Assembly (NCBI GenBank): GCA_030141605.1
Contig: JAQGDQ010000023.1
Span: 434,001-498,000 of the forward strand
Source: Tubiluchus corallicola
Taxonomy: Eukaryota; Animalia; Priapulida
Direction: 5' to 3'
DNA length: 64,000 nt
Shown here: positions 61,001-64,000 of the stretch, one piece after another
Layout of the letters: each line of letters opens with the position of its first letter
Position numbering within the stretch: position 1 is the first letter of the stretch
Made by a program: the position numbers and the translations under genes
The notes under the pieces: model-generated
The model's input: the letters and a program-made list of their open reading frames with translations, nothing else
Database searches by the model: none
What the model was told of the DNA's origin: nothing

Positions 61001-63880
61001 ATACCTGGCATGTACCTGTTCAGATGTACCTGTCGCTATTCGTGTTTATTGAATTATTATTGTACACATAACAAGTATTTATTACCATCCGTATCGCAAT
61101 ACTGACTATACACATGAGTGTAATTATGTAAAAATGATTGCAAAATATGCCGTTGGACTGAATGTGCCTAGGGGCGTCAGGGTTGTGGGTGAGTCCGGTT
61201 GTCATTAGACTGGATCCTACAGGGTGTGTCAAGGTATTAGTGTAGGAAGTAAATTACGCAAGTAACTTTATGCTTCTGAAGATGGGTGCTAAAGGAACTG
61301 CATGCACTTTAATACTGTATCTTCAACATTTAATACTGTAACTTAAATTATTAATACTACAACTTAGACTGTTAAAGTCTAGCACCCAGCTTAATCATTT
61401 GTTTTCCATTATATCTAAATTTTACCTATTCTAAACATCGAGATTTTAAACAACCAATGCATGAACTCTAATTTCACTGCCAATTAATTTAATTTTGAAT
61501 TATCTTGCAATTTTCTCGAAAATATGATGAAGAAATAGAAGTACGGTAATCTCAAAGCGTGATGATAACGATGATGATGATGACGACGACGACGATGACG
61601 ATGGGATGAAGACGACGACGACGACGACGGCAATGTACTTAAATGGTGTAATCATTATAACCAAAGCGCATGTAGCTGTGAGAACGAAACACGTTTTATT
61701 GTGAATCAGTTCTGCAGGACATTCTTGAAAATGTATTTTTAGAAGTTATGAATACAGAAATACAGTTTATGACGGTATTTTTGTGTTTTATTTCTGCTCA
61801 AGTATGAGAGGCAGTTAAATAACTATGCTGAGAATTGCTATTTTTATCGTGCTTGGTTAGCTGCTTGTTATAATTAAGCTACTAAAGGGATATTCTTTAG
61901 CTATAGATGATCTATTTCGGTTTTGTGTAATAAGTAAAAAATAAGAGACCTGTTCAAGTAGCCTGTGCACAAGGCCAAAGCGTGGTATTTGAGTAGTCTT
62001 TAATTTGTCCTTAAAAGGCTTGTCGCCAACACAAGAATTGCTATATGAATATTGAATAATCCTATTTAGGCACTAAGTGAGCTGCTGAGCCAATGTCGCA
62101 CTTTCTGTCTTTACCTAAATTTACTGTCACACGTGTTGGGCTGGTTCACAATACTTTATGTAACAAAGAAGCTTATTGGTTGCACTGTGGTATCATATGT
62201 AACTGTCAAGGAACAAGAAAGCTCATTGGCTGCGCTACATTTTTTGATGTAAGGGTTAAGCAATAAAGAAGCTCTTTGGTTGTACTACATTTTCGGATGT
62301 TTTTGTATTAAGGAACAAGGAAGCTTATTGGCTATATTACAGTTTCCACAAGTAATGGTTAAGGAAAAGACGCTCATTGGTTTTATTCGTTGCTTGTAGT
62401 TTTGTAGCGAGTTAATTTTATTTTATTTGCTACTTTGTGTGGTTTATTTTATTTGGAAGTGTTGACTTTGAAATCATCAAATCTTTGCTTTATAATTTAT
62501 AAAAGCTCACCCTGACTTACCTAAAGAGTTTTTGTAAGACTTTTTTGGTCGTTGCTGTGTGACGTGACTGAAATTTACCTTAAAAATAACATTGTGCCAT
62601 CTAACCTAAAAGAGATTTAATCGCTGTTACATTAAGCGCACGATACTGCGCCTTCGGGTGTTATTGGAACACAGAGTATATGATACTGATATTAATAAAA
62701 TACGATAGACTCCTTGAACATGTTGAATACAATCGAGTGTAAATCGTTTCAACTGCATTCTTCAAATATCTGAGCGCATTTATAGAATCGACTCTAAAGT
62801 TGTAGATGACTTTATGGCTCAAGTAAGAAAAGATCAACATGGTCGTTGAGTAAAAGATCGTAAAATTTGACTATTAATTTTGTCAGCAATTGCGCTGCTG
62901 CTGAAACAACTGCTTGCAGCTTTTTACGGCATGACTAAACTTAGATTTTCTCTTTTCTTTCAGGTTTACGACCAAACGGTGTTGAGAAGGAAGTGTGGGA
63001 GGAGACGAGGTTTTTTTTTAATGTGAATTTGGCTGATTATGAGAACATCATCAGTGCTAGACTGAACGTCTACAAAGCAGCTATCAGAGGCGTAAAGAAA
63101 CACAAGAAACAGCTTTTTCGAAAACTGACCTTAAACTTGTATCAAATAAGTCAAATGTCCGTTACGGGTGAAGACCCAGCAAGGATTAAACTAGACAGTA
63201 TATCAGTGAGCTTACTAAACAATGGCTGGGAATCGTTTAATGTTAAACGTGCTGTTGAACAGTGGGTTGCAAACAACAGCACCAATCATGGTCTAGAATT
63301 GACTTGTGAAGATGAACTGCTTTGCAGTCACCTATATATTATAAATGGATATCAGAAAACTCATAATAAACTGTTAAATGCACTTTTGTCCGAGGAGTTT
63401 CGACCCTCGCTGAATGTCGTTACAGAAGAGGTAACGCCGCCTAGTGTTGCGCGTGTGAAACGTGCAGCCAAGAAGTTGAAACGGAAAAAAAAGTCGAAAA
63501 AAATCGAGAGAACGTCGAAAAACTGTAAATATTTGAATAAAAAAGGAAAGACGAAATTGAGCAAGCGCTGCTGTCGGCAGGATATGGTGGTGAATTTTGA
63601 AAAGATTGGATTCCATTGGATTGTTGCTCCATCGGAGATCAATCTTCATGTCTGCAAGGGTAAATGCAAAAAGAAACGGTCAGGTGAATTGCATAAACCT
63701 GCTGGCTTACACGCTATGATACAACTGATTATGCACGAAAAAGATCCCAAGAAAGTGCCCCGTCCTTGTTGCACAGCCATCAAATATAAACCTTTAACTC
63801 TTTTTCACTGGGACAACCAAAAAACAATTAGCAGCGCAGAACAGTCAGATATGATAGTCGAAGACTGCGCATGCTCCTAG
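55086..63880 (+). CDS. TGF-beta superfamily ligand, Maverick/Panda-like, 417 aa, two coding exons
   Basis: Exon 55086-55422 encodes a signal peptide and the prodomain helix RVDAIKKQILKNLG, with donor G|gtaag. It joins in phase 1 to 62964-63880 (tttcag|GT). Furin site RVKR. Nine-cysteine mature domain. HAMIQ..D..KVPRPCCT..H.D..SDMIVEDCACS resembles Drosophila Maverick as recalled. Superfamily is certain, subfamily is moderate. Confidence 0.92.
55970..56210 (+). mobile_element. tRNA-derived SINE
   Basis: A-box-like start, B-box GGTTCAATACC at ~56022, and a body containing TGAGTACCTGG. It abuts a (CTT)n run. Confidence 0.55.
62160..62385 (+). repeat. Degenerate ~50-bp minisatellite, 5 copies
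   Basis: Core GCT(T/C)(A/T)TTGG at 62171, 62221, 62271, 62323 and 62372. Confidence 0.8.
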
Positions 63881-64000
63881 CAGTTTGTTTTTCTCACGTC
63901 CTAAATTTCTTAAATTTCTCATTTTTATTGCTGGATTGTGTTCATTTTTGTTAAATAGTGAGTAACTACTCAGGAATTCTTTCAAACAGTAACTCGTCTT

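Overview
AT-rich, intron-rich invertebrate animal genomic DNA; the species cannot be named from sequence. Four host genes are supported. (1) DNAI7/CASC1 on the minus strand: 18 coding exons reconstructed by hand from 23701 down to 707, with the last exon not found in the window. (2) ETFRF1/LYRM5 on the plus strand, head-to-head with DNAI7, the same divergent pairing as in human. (3) An intronless, divergent class A GPCR. (4) A two-exon Maverick/Panda-like 9-cysteine TGF-beta ligand. A DNAI7 intron holds a young 7.25 kb Gypsy-superfamily LTR element of Gmr1 type (gag-PR-IN-RT-RH order, 1070-bp near-identical LTRs, GCTAC target-site duplication, tRNA-Leu PBS). Its gag-PR-IN ORF is intact, but the RT core is deleted and the rest of RT/RNase H is frameshifted. 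Other DNAI7 introns contain a pogo-like non-autonomous transposon, a decayed 5S rRNA copy, and a ~100-bp inverted repeat enclosing a 51-nt in-frame exon. The remainder is LINE, SINE and Penelope relics plus mini- and microsatellites. All homology calls come from recalled family motifs, not database searches.
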